64,000 nt of DNA. It comes from Nitrososphaerota archaeon (GTDB lineage Archaea > Thermoproteota > Nitrososphaeria_A > Caldarchaeales > Calditenuaceae). The stretch is from assembly GCA_041641295.1 (NCBI GenBank), contig JBEPYO010000001.1, positions 928,001 through 992,000 of the forward strand, given 5' to 3'. The notes beneath the pieces were generated by a model, which worked only from the letters and a program-made list of their open reading frames with translations, searched no databases and was not told where the DNA came from. Positions 8,974 to 19,330 of the stretch are shown here, piece after piece. Position 1 is the first letter of the stretch. Each line of letters starts with the position of its first letter. The position numbers and the translations under genes were made by a program.

Positions 8974-10200
8974 TTAGCCCTTCGACCCCAGGCCGCGCCC
9001 CAGCCTCATGTGTGCCTTGACGAGGTGGTGTGCTGCAAGTGCAGCGACGAGTGATACCTCACCAGCCAAGACGGTTGCAGCCACTATTTCCGCCATCTTC
9101 AGCGCGTTGGCTCCCACAGGGTCGCCCGGCCCCGCCACACCCATCAACTCCAAGGCCGCTCTCTGTGCCGGCAGCCAAGTCCCTCCGCCGACCGTCCCAA
9201 GCTCTAGGCTGGGAAGCGTGACTGAGACGTAGACCCCCTCCTCGAGAGCCTCAACCATCGTGAGGCAGAAGCTTGACTCGACGACTTGGGCCGGATCTTG
9301 GCCGGTTGCGAGGAATATCGCTGCGATTACGTTTGCAGCATGGGCGTTGAAGCCTCCGAGCACCCCAGCCCTAGCCGAGCCCAGGTAAAACTTTGTCATC
9401 GCAACCTTCTCCATCGCCTCGGGTGTCGTCTTGAGTCTTTCTTCAACAATCCTCCGCGGAATCGTGACCTCAGCCGTTACCGTCTTCCCCCGACCCAGTA
9501 TCCAGTTGACCGCCGCCGCCTTCTTATCCGTGCAGAGGTTCCCGCTCAGGGCTATGTGTCTGGCCCAAGGGTTGGCCTCCACTATTTTCTCGGCCACGCG
9601 CTCCGCCCCCCGGGTTACCATGTTCATGCCCATGGCGTCGCCTGTCCTAGCCTCTATCCTGAGAAAGAGGTATCTTCCTACGACGAATGGCTTTAGGTCG
9701 AGCATCTCGCCGTGGCGCGTTGTCTCGCCGAACGCCTCCTTGAGCCTCTCCTGCTCCCTCCTCACCCAGCCTGCAAGCTCCACACTATGCTTCACGCTGG
9801 GCGTCTCGAAGACGGGCGCTCTGGTCATCGCGTCGGCGACGACAGCTGCACTGGCGCCCCCAGCCTCCCTCACAGCGGCGCAACCTCTGTTCACACTGGC
9901 GACCAGAGCGCCCTCGGTCGTGGCGAGGGGGACATAGTATTCGCCGCGAGCGTATGTGCCCTCGACCTTTATGGGCCCAGCAACGCCTACAGGAATGCTC
10001 ACAGCGCCGATCGTGTTCTCGCAGTTCCTCCCTACTATCTGGTCGAAGGGAAGGTCTGACTTGAGTGCCGAGAGGTCCTTACCCAGCCTCTTCTCTAGAA
10101 ACCTCCTCCTAGCCTCCGTCGCCTTCACACTGCTTCCGAGAAGCTCGTCCAGCTTGTAGAGGGCGATCTCCCCCCTCTCAAGCGCTTCCTCTACATCCAT
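8974..10200 (-). CDS. hmgA: HMG-CoA reductase (NADPH, class I)
   Basis: CENTIG, PLATTEGALVAS, TGDAMGMNM, SGNLCTDKK, GTVGGGT. Confidence 0.96.
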   Translation of the reverse strand: MDVEEALERGEIALYKLDELLGSSVKATEARRRFLEKRLGKDLSALKSDLPFDQIVGRNCENTIGAVSIPVGVAGPIKVEGTYARGEYYVPLATTEGALVASVNRGCAAVREAGGASAAVVADAMTRAPVFETPSVKHSVELAGWVRREQERLKEAFGETTRHGEMLDLKPFVVGRYLFLRIEARTGDAMGMNMVTRGAERVAEKIVEANPWARHIALSGNLCTDKKAAAVNWILGRGKTVTAEVTIPRRIVEERLKTTPEAMEKVAMTKFYLGSARAGVLGGFNAHAANVIAAIFLATGQDPAQVVESSFCLTMVEALEEGVYVSVTLPSLELGTVGGGTWLPAQRAALELMGVAGPGDPVGANALKMAEIVAATVLAGEVSLVAALAAHHLVKAHMRLGRGLGSKG

Positions 10201-10232
10201 ACCCCACACATCCTGCCCGGCGCGGCTTATAG

Positions 10233-11831
10233 TTATGCCGGGTCAACGTCGTCTATGGGCCGCCCCTTCTTCTCAAACTGCCTCTGATACAGGGTCCTGA
10301 GGCGTTGGAGTGTGTCGACCTCTAGTGGACCTTTGTCGCTCCTTATTCTGACTATCCTGGCGAACCTGAGGGCGAGGCCACTCTCGTAGTGTGGGCTCTT
10401 CTGAATCTCGTTGTAGGCGACCTCGACGACTATCTCGGGCCTAACCGTGACTCCCCACTCTGTCTCACCCGTCTTTATCGAGAGGAGCCGCTCAGTCATT
10501 TGTTGGAATTCCTCATCTGTCAGACCCTTAAACGTCTTCCCCACGACGGCGAAGCTGCCTGTCTCCTCGTCGAGGACGGCGAGGTGGTAGTTGCTCAGCC
10601 ACCCCTTCCTCCTGCCATGCCCCCACTCCGCCGCGACTATCACCACGTCGAGCCTATCGGCTGGCTTCAGCTTAAGCCACTTAGCCCCCCTCCTCCCCGG
10701 TGTGTAGATGCTCCTAAGATCCTTCGCAACGACTCCCTCATGCCCCTGCTCCAAAACCCGTTTCAGGAACTCTTCTGCGGTGGCCGGGTCTCTAACCACG
10801 AGGCGGGGAGCGAGTATGTCCTGCTTGACGATTGACTCAAGCCTCCTACGCCTCTCCTCGTAGGGCTTGTCTATCAGGACCTCGCCGTCGATGTATAGCG
10901 CGTCGAATATCCAGAGCTTCAGTGGCAGCCTCCTAACTGCCTCCAGCACATCCCTCTCCCTGCCAACCCTCCGCATGGTCTCTTGGAATGGCATGGCCCT
11001 GCCTGTCTCGTCTACGGCTACAACCTCGCCGTCAAGAACAGCTGAGCCCGCAGACACAGCCCCGCGGACAATCTCCACAACGTCCGGAACCCTCTCGGTA
11101 ATATCGGTTAGGCGCCGGGTATAGATCCTGACCCTCTGGCCCTCCAAGTGTATCTGCACCCTAACGCCGTCGTATTTCGGCTCTAAGCTAGTTACGCCCC
11201 CGTGAATTGTAATAGCATCCTCGACCCTGTCGCACATCTCCGCGAGCATCGGTCTCACCGGCTGGAAGAGACGGAGCTCGACGCCCCTTAGCTCACCGGC
11301 GACGGCCAGCCTCACGAGCTCGCCGATATCGTTCACAAGCATGTCCACCCTCCTCACAAACTCTGGGTCCGCCCCGGTCATGAATGCGACAGCCTCGAGC
11401 ATCAAGCCGTGGTTAACGCCGTGCCTCATCTCGCCTGAGAGAATTCTCAAAACCCATTCAAGCTCATCCCTACTACACCTCTGGAAGATGGACTGTAGGA
11501 CAGCCACCCTCCTAGCCCGCGAGCCAGACCCCTCCATCGAGGCTATGGCCCTGAGCGAGGACCACAGGTCTTGGAGCGTGAGAGGCTCCTGAACGAGGGT
11601 CGAGGTTGGCCTCTGGTTGAGCGCCTCACTGATGGTTGACCAGCCGACACTCAGCGGCCTCCTCCCCCTGACATCTGGCGGCAGACCAAGCAGGAGATAC
11701 GTAGCTATCTTCGCGTCCCCTGGCGACAGCCTCCTCAGATACTCAGAGAGAAGCCTAACCTTTGCATTCCTACTACTCGTCGCCTCGAGAGACCTGCAAA
11801 GCTCCGCAAGCTCGCTGAAACTGGAGCCCAC
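10233..11831 (-). CDS. lig: ATP-dependent DNA ligase
   Basis: PMLA, EPKYDGVRVQIH, LDGEVV, EGVVAK, WLKLK, LRFARI. Confidence 0.95.
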   Translation of the reverse strand: MGSSFSELAELCRSLEATSSRNAKVRLLSEYLRRLSPGDAKIATYLLLGLPPDVRGRRPLSVGWSTISEALNQRPTSTLVQEPLTLQDLWSSLRAIASMEGSGSRARRVAVLQSIFQRCSRDELEWVLRILSGEMRHGVNHGLMLEAVAFMTGADPEFVRRVDMLVNDIGELVRLAVAGELRGVELRLFQPVRPMLAEMCDRVEDAITIHGGVTSLEPKYDGVRVQIHLEGQRVRIYTRRLTDITERVPDVVEIVRGAVSAGSAVLDGEVVAVDETGRAMPFQETMRRVGRERDVLEAVRRLPLKLWIFDALYIDGEVLIDKPYEERRRRLESIVKQDILAPRLVVRDPATAEEFLKRVLEQGHEGVVAKDLRSIYTPGRRGAKWLKLKPADRLDVVIVAAEWGHGRRKGWLSNYHLAVLDEETGSFAVVGKTFKGLTDEEFQQMTERLLSIKTGETEWGVTVRPEIVVEVAYNEIQKSPHYESGLALRFARIVRIRSDKGPLEVDTLQRLRTLYQRQFEKKGRPIDDVDPA

Positions 11832-11966
11832 CAGCCACTAGAATGGGCCCCGCCGCTATTATACAGGCTCTCCCCTCCAGCCCCCACCCCATCCCCCAGG
11901 TGATACCCGCCGTGGATGGGAAGGGATAGTCTTTTATCACCCCGTGATGCGGGTTTATGGCAGTGG

Positions 11967-12470
11967 TTGGTTAGACCAGAGACGGCCCCGCGCGATATAG
12001 GCGTCGTCATCAGGCCAGTTAGGGAGGAGGAGATTCTAACAATCATGAACATCAACAGGATATGCCTCCCAGAGAACTACTCTTACTCCTTCTTCTACTC
12101 CATCTTCAAGAGTAATCCTGAGAGCTTCCTAGTAGCGGATGTGGAAGGAGTAATCGCGGGTTATGTCATGTGTAGGGTCGAGTGGGGAGGCTCCAAGATA
12201 GATACGCTGAGGCTTCGCAAGCTGGGGCACATAGTCTCGATTGCAGTGTTGCCAGAGTTTCGCAGGAGAGGTATTGGGAGGGCGCTTATGCTGGAGGCGC
12301 TCAACGTGTTGAGAAACGTCTACGGGTGCGACGAGGTCTACCTAGAGGTGCGGGTAACCAACACCCAGGCAATAAACCTCTACTACTCTCTCGGATTCAA
12401 AGTAACGCGGGTCGCCAAAAACTACTATATCGATGGAGAAGACGCATATGTCATGGCCCTCAAATTCTAG
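11967..12470 (+). CDS. N-terminal acetyltransferase Ard1/RimI
   Basis: CLPENY, GHIVSIAV, RRRGIG, LEVRVTN, YYIDGEDAYVM; start estimated. Confidence 0.92.
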   Translation: MVRPETAPRDIGVVIRPVREEEILTIMNINRICLPENYSYSFFYSIFKSNPESFLVADVEGVIAGYVMCRVEWGGSKIDTLRLRKLGHIVSIAVLPEFRRRGIGRALMLEALNVLRNVYGCDEVYLEVRVTNTQAINLYYSLGFKVTRVAKNYYIDGEDAYVMALKF

Positions 12471-12790
12471 AAAGGCCCGAGCCCATGCTCCTTAACCCTG
12501 AGGACAAGCACGCTCACATGGTTGGGCTCAAGCGACACACTGTCCCCGAATGAATACTTCCCCGACACTCTGTCAACATGAATGTACCGTCCACCGGGTG
12601 GCGCCGCATCCTTCACGTAGTAGACTATGAAGCCCCCTAGCACACCCCCCGTTACAATGAAATAAGCCCTATCAGATTCCGAGTAGTTCAGGAGGGAGAG
12701 AGGAAGAGATGATGCCAGAAGAACAATATCCGTCAGGCTCTCCAGCAATACCTTGATGACGGTCGGCCGCGGCTCTCCAGCTCCTGCCAT
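12467..12790 (-). CDS. conserved archaeal hypothetical protein
   Basis: Compact ORF downstream of the nucleotidyltransferase; ATG 12790. Confidence 0.6.
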   Translation of the reverse strand: MAGAGEPRPTVIKVLLESLTDIVLLASSLPLSLLNYSESDRAYFIVTGGVLGGFIVYYVKDAAPPGGRYIHVDRVSGKYSFGDSVSLEPNHVSVLVLRVKEHGLGPF

Positions 12791-12839
12791 ACTTAGACTC
12801 GTCCCCTCTCCAGATAAAAACGTTGAGCCGCTAGCGGAT

Positions 12840-13565
12840 TCAACCCTTAGCCCCGGCTCCACCAATGCTGGTCAGAAACTTCTCAACCTCTTCTAAATCT
12901 TTGTGGGTCTCTATGCTCTTCCAGAAGACATTACTGAATGGAACCGCCCTCAGCCTGCCCAGAGATGAGAGCTTGGGCAGGACGTCTATCTCGAGAGAGC
13001 CGCGCTCAGGCAGAAAATCGAAGATCTCACCAGTAAACCCGTAGACCCCAGCGTTTATCCAGTAGTCCTGAATTACCGGCTTCTCCCTAAACTCTTGCAC
13101 CAGATGTGTCTTTGGGTCGAACTTGACTATGCCGTAAATGGAGGGCAGGGGGACGAGGCTTATGGCGCCAACCGCGTCTCCAAGAGCCTCCATGGTCATC
13201 ACTGGGTTGATATTGGTTATTATGTCGCCGTTAATCACGAGTATCCTATCCTCACCGCTGCAAAGCCTCTCAGCATTCTTCAACCCGCCGGCCGTGCCTA
13301 GCAGCTCCTTCTCAATGGAGTAGTGTATCTCGACCCCCATGCTGGAGCCGTCTCCGAACTTCTCAACAAACTTCTCGGCAAGATAGCCCACGCAGAAGAC
13401 TATCCGCTTAAACCCATGCCTGATGAGCCACTCGAGCTGCCACTCAGCAATCACCTTCCCACCAACCTCTATGAGGGGTTTAGGAGTCTTGTCAGTCAAG
13501 GGTCTTAAACGCTTCCCCAAACCACCTGCGAGGATGAGAGCTATCAACCGCTCATCAACCTTCAA
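12840..13565 (-). CDS. NDP-sugar nucleotidyltransferase family
   Basis: LAGGLGKRLRPLT..PKPL, LGTAG, NGD, EKP, INAGVY. Confidence 0.9.
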   Translation of the reverse strand: MKVDERLIALILAGGLGKRLRPLTDKTPKPLIEVGGKVIAEWQLEWLIRHGFKRIVFCVGYLAEKFVEKFGDGSSMGVEIHYSIEKELLGTAGGLKNAERLCSGEDRILVINGDIITNINPVMTMEALGDAVGAISLVPLPSIYGIVKFDPKTHLVQEFREKPVIQDYWINAGVYGFTGEIFDFLPERGSLEIDVLPKLSSLGRLRAVPFSNVFWKSIETHKDLEEVEKFLTSIGGAGAKG

Positions 13566-13595
13566 AAGCCCTATGGGCCTCGTCGTAAAGAATCT

Positions 13596-15041
13596 TTATC
13601 TCAAAACCCTGAACCGGGGGCCGCTCGCCGTATCCTCCACTTGGATGCCAGCCTCCCTCAACGCCTCCCTTATCATGTCCGCCACCTTGAACTCCCCCGC
13701 CCTCCTAAACTCCTCCCTCAGCCTCAAAATCCTATCAACCACGAGATAGAGCCTCTCTCCATCACCCTTCAGCTCAGGCGGCTTAAGGCCTAGGACCTCG
13801 AACACGTCTGCGAGGGCTTGTTTAGCCTTTTCCAAGTCTCCGCTGGTTGGAGTCTTTGTCGAGTCTAGGAGTGCGTTCACTGTTTTGACGAGTTCCATCA
13901 GGTATGCGGAGGCGTGGGGGGTGTTGAGGTCCTCGCTGAGGCTGGCCATGAAACCCTCAAAGATGCTGTCAACCCTGCCGGCAAACTCTCCGCTCGGCTT
14001 ACCCTCCACACCACCCTCCACTAGGGCCTCGAGAACCCTCGCATAGCACCCCTCCACCCTCCTCCTGATCTCCACGAACTGGTCCATAACACCCTCAGAA
14101 TAGTCCAGAGGGGCTCTGTAATGGGCGCTGAGGATGAAGAGCCTGATGTCGTTGGCCGTGTATCTCCTCAAAGCGTCTTTTATCGAGACATAGTTGCCGA
14201 GGCTCTTAGACATCCTCTCACCATTAACGGTCAAGTAGCCCACATGGACCCAATACTTCACGAAGGGCCTCTTACCTGTGATGCACTCCGACTGGGCTAT
14301 CTCGTTCTCGTGGTGTGGGAAGATCAGGTCCTGTCCGCCGCCGTGTATGTCGAGCTGTTCTCCGAGATGTTTTATGCTCATTATGCTGCACTCTATATGC
14401 CAGCCCGGGAACCCCTCGCCCCAGGGACTATTCCATTTCAAGAGGTAGCCGGACTCAGCCTTCTTCCACAGCGCAAAGTCCGCCGGATTTCTCTTCCCCG
14501 GTGCGGGCTCGACCCTATGCTTGACTAGCTCCTCCCTCCTGACCCCCGAGAGCTGCCCATAATTCTCATAACTTGAGACGTCGAAGTAGATGTTCCCGTC
14601 CACGACGTAGGCGTGTCCCTTCTCTATCAGCTTGCTGATTGCCTCCCACATATCTACGATATGCATCGTTGCGCGGGGCTGTATCGTCGGCCTCCTGATG
14701 TTGAGCCTGTCCATGTCGCTGAAGAAGCTGAACATGTATTTGTCGACGAGCTCCATCGGCGCGAGCCTCTCCCTCTCCGCACCCACCAAGATCCTATCAA
14801 CCTGAGTGTCCTCCCTGAGATGCCCCACATCGGTTATATTCCTCACATACTTGACCCGGTAGCCTAGAAATGTTAGAAAGCGGTACAAGACGTCGAAGAC
14901 TATATAGGTCTTAGCGTGGCCCAAGTGGGCGAGGTCCTGCACAGTGGGGCCGCAGACGTACATCTTGACGTGGGGCGGGTCTAGGGGTTCAAAGGCCTCC
15001 ACAGACCGGCTGAGAGTATTGTAGATTCTCAGAGACCGCAT
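13596..15041 (-). CDS. cysS: cysteinyl-tRNA synthetase
   Basis: [47 protein letters not shown]. Confidence 0.97.
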   Translation of the reverse strand: MRSLRIYNTLSRSVEAFEPLDPPHVKMYVCGPTVQDLAHLGHAKTYIVFDVLYRFLTFLGYRVKYVRNITDVGHLREDTQVDRILVGAERERLAPMELVDKYMFSFFSDMDRLNIRRPTIQPRATMHIVDMWEAISKLIEKGHAYVVDGNIYFDVSSYENYGQLSGVRREELVKHRVEPAPGKRNPADFALWKKAESGYLLKWNSPWGEGFPGWHIECSIMSIKHLGEQLDIHGGGQDLIFPHHENEIAQSECITGKRPFVKYWVHVGYLTVNGERMSKSLGNYVSIKDALRRYTANDIRLFILSAHYRAPLDYSEGVMDQFVEIRRRVEGCYARVLEALVEGGVEGKPSGEFAGRVDSIFEGFMASLSEDLNTPHASAYLMELVKTVNALLDSTKTPTSGDLEKAKQALADVFEVLGLKPPELKGDGERLYLVVDRILRLREEFRRAGEFKVADMIREALREAGIQVEDTASGPRFRVLR

Positions 15042-15181
15042 CCTCGAGCATCCCTCCCCTACCCATCCACCCCACTCCTTCAAATAATCCTTTACACCCA
15101 CATACTCGATTAGCGGTAGCTAGGCACTTAACCCACACTGGCCTACGCAATGATTTAAAATCTGACCGGCTCCACCATCAG

Positions 15182-15709
15182 TTGGGTGGATGCGTGAGGG
15201 CGCGGAGTGCTGGAATACTCCTCTACCGGCGGAATGGCGCCCGTATTGAGGTGTTGCTCGTCCATCCTGGGGGGCCGTTCTGGTCGGGGAAGGATGAGGG
15301 TGCATGGTCCATACCTAAGGGTCTCGTAGAGGAGGGTGAGGACCCGTTAGAAACCGCTAAGAGGGAGTTCAAGGAGGAGACGGGCTTCGAGGTGGATGGC
15401 GAATTCATAAGCCTAGGGGAGGTGCGCCTCGCCAGCGGAAAGATAATCCAAGCATGGGCCCTTGAAGGCAACATCGACGCCGAAAAAGTCACAAGCAACA
15501 AATTCGCGATGGAGTGGCCCAAAGGCTCGGGGAAGACTCAAGAGTTCCCCGAGGTAGACAAGGCGGCCTGGTTCAGCCTGGAGGAGGCAGCCAAGAAAAT
15601 CCATAAGGGTCAGCTCGAACTCCTAAACCGACTCAAAAAACACCTCCAAGAGATGGGAGACGGAGAGAAGGTAGCTGAAGGACAACAGCCACTCGACAGA
15701 TTCTTCTAA
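15182..15709 (+). CDS. NUDIX hydrolase
   Basis: LVHPGGPFW, WSIPKG...AKREFKEETG Nudix box, FPEVDKA. Confidence 0.9.
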   Translation: MGGCVRARSAGILLYRRNGARIEVLLVHPGGPFWSGKDEGAWSIPKGLVEEGEDPLETAKREFKEETGFEVDGEFISLGEVRLASGKIIQAWALEGNIDAEKVTSNKFAMEWPKGSGKTQEFPEVDKAAWFSLEEAAKKIHKGQLELLNRLKKHLQEMGDGEKVAEGQQPLDRFF

Positions 15710-15836
15710 AATCACTTGAAAAGAGCCTGCTAAATCGTCTCAAGGGTCTTCCCCGGTTAGACGTATAGTATTTATCACACCCCTCTTTATTGATGGCTTT
15801 GCGGGTTCCAACTCTCACTGGAGGACTGCATATCAG

Positions 15837-16715
15837 TTGGATGACATGAAACTCCCAGAATACTGGGACTGGGTTGCAGAGCACTCATTCCATCTAAGGC
15901 AGCCTAACCCCTCTATAACCGACATCTACTACAGAAAACTCGTACTCACACTAATCAACCAGCTAGGCTCAGGGAACTGGAGGAGAATCCTCAAGCTTGA
16001 TGCCTATAACGAGGCCACCAACACGCAATACGGGCTTTACTTCATAAAAGATGGCGGCGACCTCATACTTGTCGACATCTCCTACGGAATAGCTAGGAAG
16101 GCTCTTGTGAAGGCTGCAGAAAAGAGGCTCAGCCACCGCATCCACCTCATAGTGGCCGATTTTCGAAGAATGCCCCTGCGCCCTGAATGTGTTGACATGT
16201 CATGCAGCTTCGGCAGTATAGAACATGTCCCTGAATACAGCCTAGCCTTCTATGAGCAGGTCCGCGTGGTCAGGGAGGGCGGCGAAGTATTTGTAGGAGT
16301 ACCAAACCTTCTCAACTTCTCGCTGAGAGCTCTTTCAGCGAAGATACTCCATATAATGGGTCTTATGACGAGGATGACTAATCCGGAAAGACACTTCCTC
16401 GGATCTCAGCTAATATCCCTCGCCAGAAGCCTAAACTTAGATGATATAGCCCTCACAGGATACCACCTCTTCCCTAAACAGCTGAGATGGCTAGACTTGT
16501 GGATGGCGTACCGAGGTGTAGATACGTTGAAGAGAAGCCGCCTCTTCCGCTGGCTCCTGAAGACATTCACATTGATGGAGCTGAAATACTCGTTTGCGAG
16601 GGTCTTCGCAGAGATGATTATTGTTAAAGGTGTTAAAAGATGGGGACGGGGTACAGCGCTACGAAGTTTATCAGGTGAAGCAATAGATATAGACCAGCAG
16701 CCCCAGTCCACCTGA
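15837..16715 (+). CDS. class I SAM-dependent methyltransferase
   Basis: VDIS, ADFRRMP, SIEHV, RVVREGG...VPN; motif I atypical. Confidence 0.75.
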   Translation: MDDMKLPEYWDWVAEHSFHLRQPNPSITDIYYRKLVLTLINQLGSGNWRRILKLDAYNEATNTQYGLYFIKDGGDLILVDISYGIARKALVKAAEKRLSHRIHLIVADFRRMPLRPECVDMSCSFGSIEHVPEYSLAFYEQVRVVREGGEVFVGVPNLLNFSLRALSAKILHIMGLMTRMTNPERHFLGSQLISLARSLNLDDIALTGYHLFPKQLRWLDLWMAYRGVDTLKRSRLFRWLLKTFTLMELKYSFARVFAEMIIVKGVKRWGRGTALRSLSGEAIDIDQQPQST

Positions 16716-17904
16716 CCTTTTGCGTTGCCCACTCCTCCTGTAGGCGGGCTCCAAGATACTGTGAAATAGCTATGATGACAGGGGGGAGGAGTGGCAGTAA
16801 ATAGAAGAGGTAGACAAGGCCCCTGAAGACAGAGTTAACTACTATCCACCCAAACAACCCACCAAACCAGTAGAAAACTAGGAACATTGCGGCCTGGTCA
16901 CGCGTTGACCTAAGAAGCGAATAGACCATTACGGGGAGCATGAAGATGATTATCGTCCAACTAACTTGGACGAAGTAGGCATATAATACACCTGGGGTTA
17001 AGAGTGGGCCTGTAGCTACGTTGGACGGGCTTAGACCTGAGCCTGGCTGCACCCCCACTGCTTTTGTCACGGGGTAGTTGAAGAACCATTGCCAGATCTC
17101 GCTTCGACCGACTGCTCTAGGATTACTTATGCTCAGCCGCGAAACCATCAACATTATCCTCTCAACGATATTGGACGCCCTGGGAACCAGTATAACCCAC
17201 TCAAGGAAATACCACAGTGCAACAATAGATCCTCCAGTAGCTGCAAACAATAAAAGGACTGTCTTCCAATCATATCTCAGTGTCTGTCCACCCCTTCTCT
17301 TCTTAACCACTTTTAAACCCGTGTAAAGCAACAGAGGAACGACCACCACCAGTACAGCCTCTTTTGCGAGGAATGAAGCAGCGAAAAAAGGCGCTGAAAA
17401 TATCTTTCTACGAGGCCGCTCATCGAGTAGGAAGTAGATTCCCGCCAGCAAGAATACGAGCATAAATATGTCTATGCGCGCAACCCTCGAGAAGTAAAAG
17501 GTCAGCGCCTCGAAGGCGAATAGAAAAGAGGCTATAATAGTGGCGAACTCCACCTCTTTTCTGCCGCTGAATAAACGCTTGACTGTGAGATAGAATAAAG
17601 GAATGGCCGCCGTTCCCGCTATGGCAGACATAATGCGCCAGCCGAATGGTTGATCACCGAATAGAAAGATTCCAAGCGCAATCAGCATCTTGCCCAAGGG
17701 CGGGTGGGCAGGTCGCGGGTCCATTGGGACTCCTTCCTCACCCCATCCAAGTATGCTTCTCGCAGCGGGCACATAGTATACCTCGTCACCAATCAGTCTA
17801 TCAGGTATGTCGAGCCTATGCACCCTTAAGAGTAAGGAGAGGGTGGTCAAAGCGATAATGTAGATAGTGGTGCGCTTCAAATCCTGCGTAGGGATTGGTA
17901 CCAT
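16633..17904 (-). CDS. GT-C glycosyltransferase, PMT/GT39-like (lipid-phosphate-sugar dependent)
   Basis: DEVYY, HPPLGK, FGWR, SRVARID; multiple TM helices. Confidence 0.88.
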   Translation of the reverse strand: MVPIPTQDLKRTTIYIIALTTLSLLLRVHRLDIPDRLIGDEVYYVPAARSILGWGEEGVPMDPRPAHPPLGKMLIALGIFLFGDQPFGWRIMSAIAGTAAIPLFYLTVKRLFSGRKEVEFATIIASFLFAFEALTFYFSRVARIDIFMLVFLLAGIYFLLDERPRRKIFSAPFFAASFLAKEAVLVVVVPLLLYTGLKVVKKRRGGQTLRYDWKTVLLLFAATGGSIVALWYFLEWVILVPRASNIVERIMLMVSRLSISNPRAVGRSEIWQWFFNYPVTKAVGVQPGSGLSPSNVATGPLLTPGVLYAYFVQVSWTIIIFMLPVMVYSLLRSTRDQAAMFLVFYWFGGLFGWIVVNSVFRGLVYLFYLLPLLPPVIIAISQYLGARLQEEWATQKVRWTGAAGLYLLLHLINFVALYPVPIF

Positions 17905-18001
17905 ATCCTTAAAAATCTAATTATTCGGCAGCGCCCCTTTACATGCAATCCAAGCCAACTGACAGCAGCGGTGGTGTCAGATTTCATTCAAATAGAGTTT
18001 C

Positions 18002-18232
18002 TTAAGGCTTTTGAGAAGGTCTGAAAGTAATCTTGGCGCCGCCTATCGGTATTCCAGCTAGCGCCGACTTTAAGGTCATGCATCGAGCCAGCAGCTCTAT
18101 TTCCGCTCGCGTGACGTCGCTCTGTATCCTAATTCCACCCCAGCATAGGCCCATTATAAAACAGTCTGCTACGAACCATCCGCGAGCGTCTCCGAGATTC
18201 AGCTCGAGTACTCTGCCATTAGAGACCAGCAA
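18002..18232 (-). pseudogene. Glu/Leu/Phe/Val dehydrogenase N-terminal fragment
   Basis: GGIRI...LARCMTLKSALAGIPIGGAK, then stop at 76 aa; no continuation seen. Confidence 0.75.
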
Positions 18233-18279
18233 ATCCCTCGTTTACACGACGGCCAATACACATATGAGTTTGTCGGGGT

Positions 18280-18675
18280 TTACTTGAGTGGGACGTACAT
18301 GCTCGACTTTGTTGCGCCTACGCCGGGTCTGCCGTGCTGTACTCGCTTGTTTGTGATTGCGAACTCGCCCAGCCTGTGGCCTATCATTTCGGGCTGAATC
18401 TCTACGGGTATGAATTCTTTACCGTTGTGTACCCAGATTGTGAGGCCGACCATCTCTGGGAGTATGATCATGTCCCTTGCATGTGTTCTGATGGGTTTGT
18501 TGATGTTGTTTTGCTTGTATTTTCTTATTTTTATTAGGAGTTTTCGCTGGGCCTCTGTGAGGCCGCGTTTGAGGCTTCTTCTCTGACGGCTGGGGAGGAG
18601 GTTGATGAGCTGGTCTGTAGGCATCTCGAGTAGCTGCTGTAGCGTGTAGCCGCGGTAGGTGAATTCCCTGACCAT
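18280..18675 (-). CDS. rps19: 30S ribosomal protein uS19
   Basis: [40 protein letters not shown]. Confidence 0.97.
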   Translation of the reverse strand: MVREFTYRGYTLQQLLEMPTDQLINLLPSRQRRSLKRGLTEAQRKLLIKIRKYKQNNINKPIRTHARDMIILPEMVGLTIWVHNGKEFIPVEIQPEMIGHRLGEFAITNKRVQHGRPGVGATKSSMYVPLK

Positions 18676-18736
18676 CCCTCCTTAACCAAGAAATACTACT
18701 CGGTGTCGATATATATTTGTGAGCCGCCTTCCACAG

Positions 18737-19240
18737 CTATTGCCGCGCCCTTACACGGGCTTGTCTCGGAGGCCAGGCGGTCTCCTCGAGCCTAGAGAGT
18801 GGTAGCTTGGTGGTCTCCTTAATGGTTCTAAGTATCAGCTTTGTGTCAGTGGATACGACGCCGTCGAGCCTGCCGATCTTGTCCAGTAGGGCTGCGAGTT
18901 CTTCCTTGGACCGTGTCTTGACCTTTAGTATGGCGTAGTAGTCTCCTGTAACGTCGTGTATCTCGGTTACTTCTGGGAAGTTGGCGAGCTGGCTTAAGAC
19001 CTCGGCGTATTTCGAGGGTGTAGCCCTCAGGCCTATGAAGGCTCCTATGCCGAGGTTGAGCTTAGACTCGTCGAGTATTGCGGTAAACCCTTTGATTACT
19101 CCCTCCTTCACTAGCTTGTTGACGCGGGCGTATACTGCCGCCTCGCTTATATTCAGCTGCTTTGCAATGCTGGAGTAAGATGCCCTACCGTCCTCCTGTA
19201 GAATACTTAAAATCTTGACATCCCTCTTATCAAGCTTCAT
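18737..19240 (-). CDS. Lrp/AsnC transcriptional regulator
   Basis: LDKRDVKILSILQEDGR HTH, GVIKGF, VTGDY. Confidence 0.92.
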   Translation of the reverse strand: MKLDKRDVKILSILQEDGRASYSSIAKQLNISEAAVYARVNKLVKEGVIKGFTAILDESKLNLGIGAFIGLRATPSKYAEVLSQLANFPEVTEIHDVTGDYYAILKVKTRSKEELAALLDKIGRLDGVVSTDTKLILRTIKETTKLPLSRLEETAWPPRQARVRARQ

Positions 19241-19330
19241 GCCAGACTATAACAGCTAGGCCCCCCACTAATTAAGATTCTGCAGAAAACCTCCAATATT
19301 CCTAGAAATCCCTATGAAAGTGAGGCTATA

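Noticed and set aside
11901-11911. Minus-strand GGCGGGTATCA as a target of the C/D RNA D guide
   Set aside because: A 9-nt match is expected by chance in a window this size.
19239-19250. ATGCCAGACT(AT) recurs at 19239, 31058 and 58530
   Set aside because: Short, inconsistent position relative to genes and one copy overlaps a start codon; could be chance.
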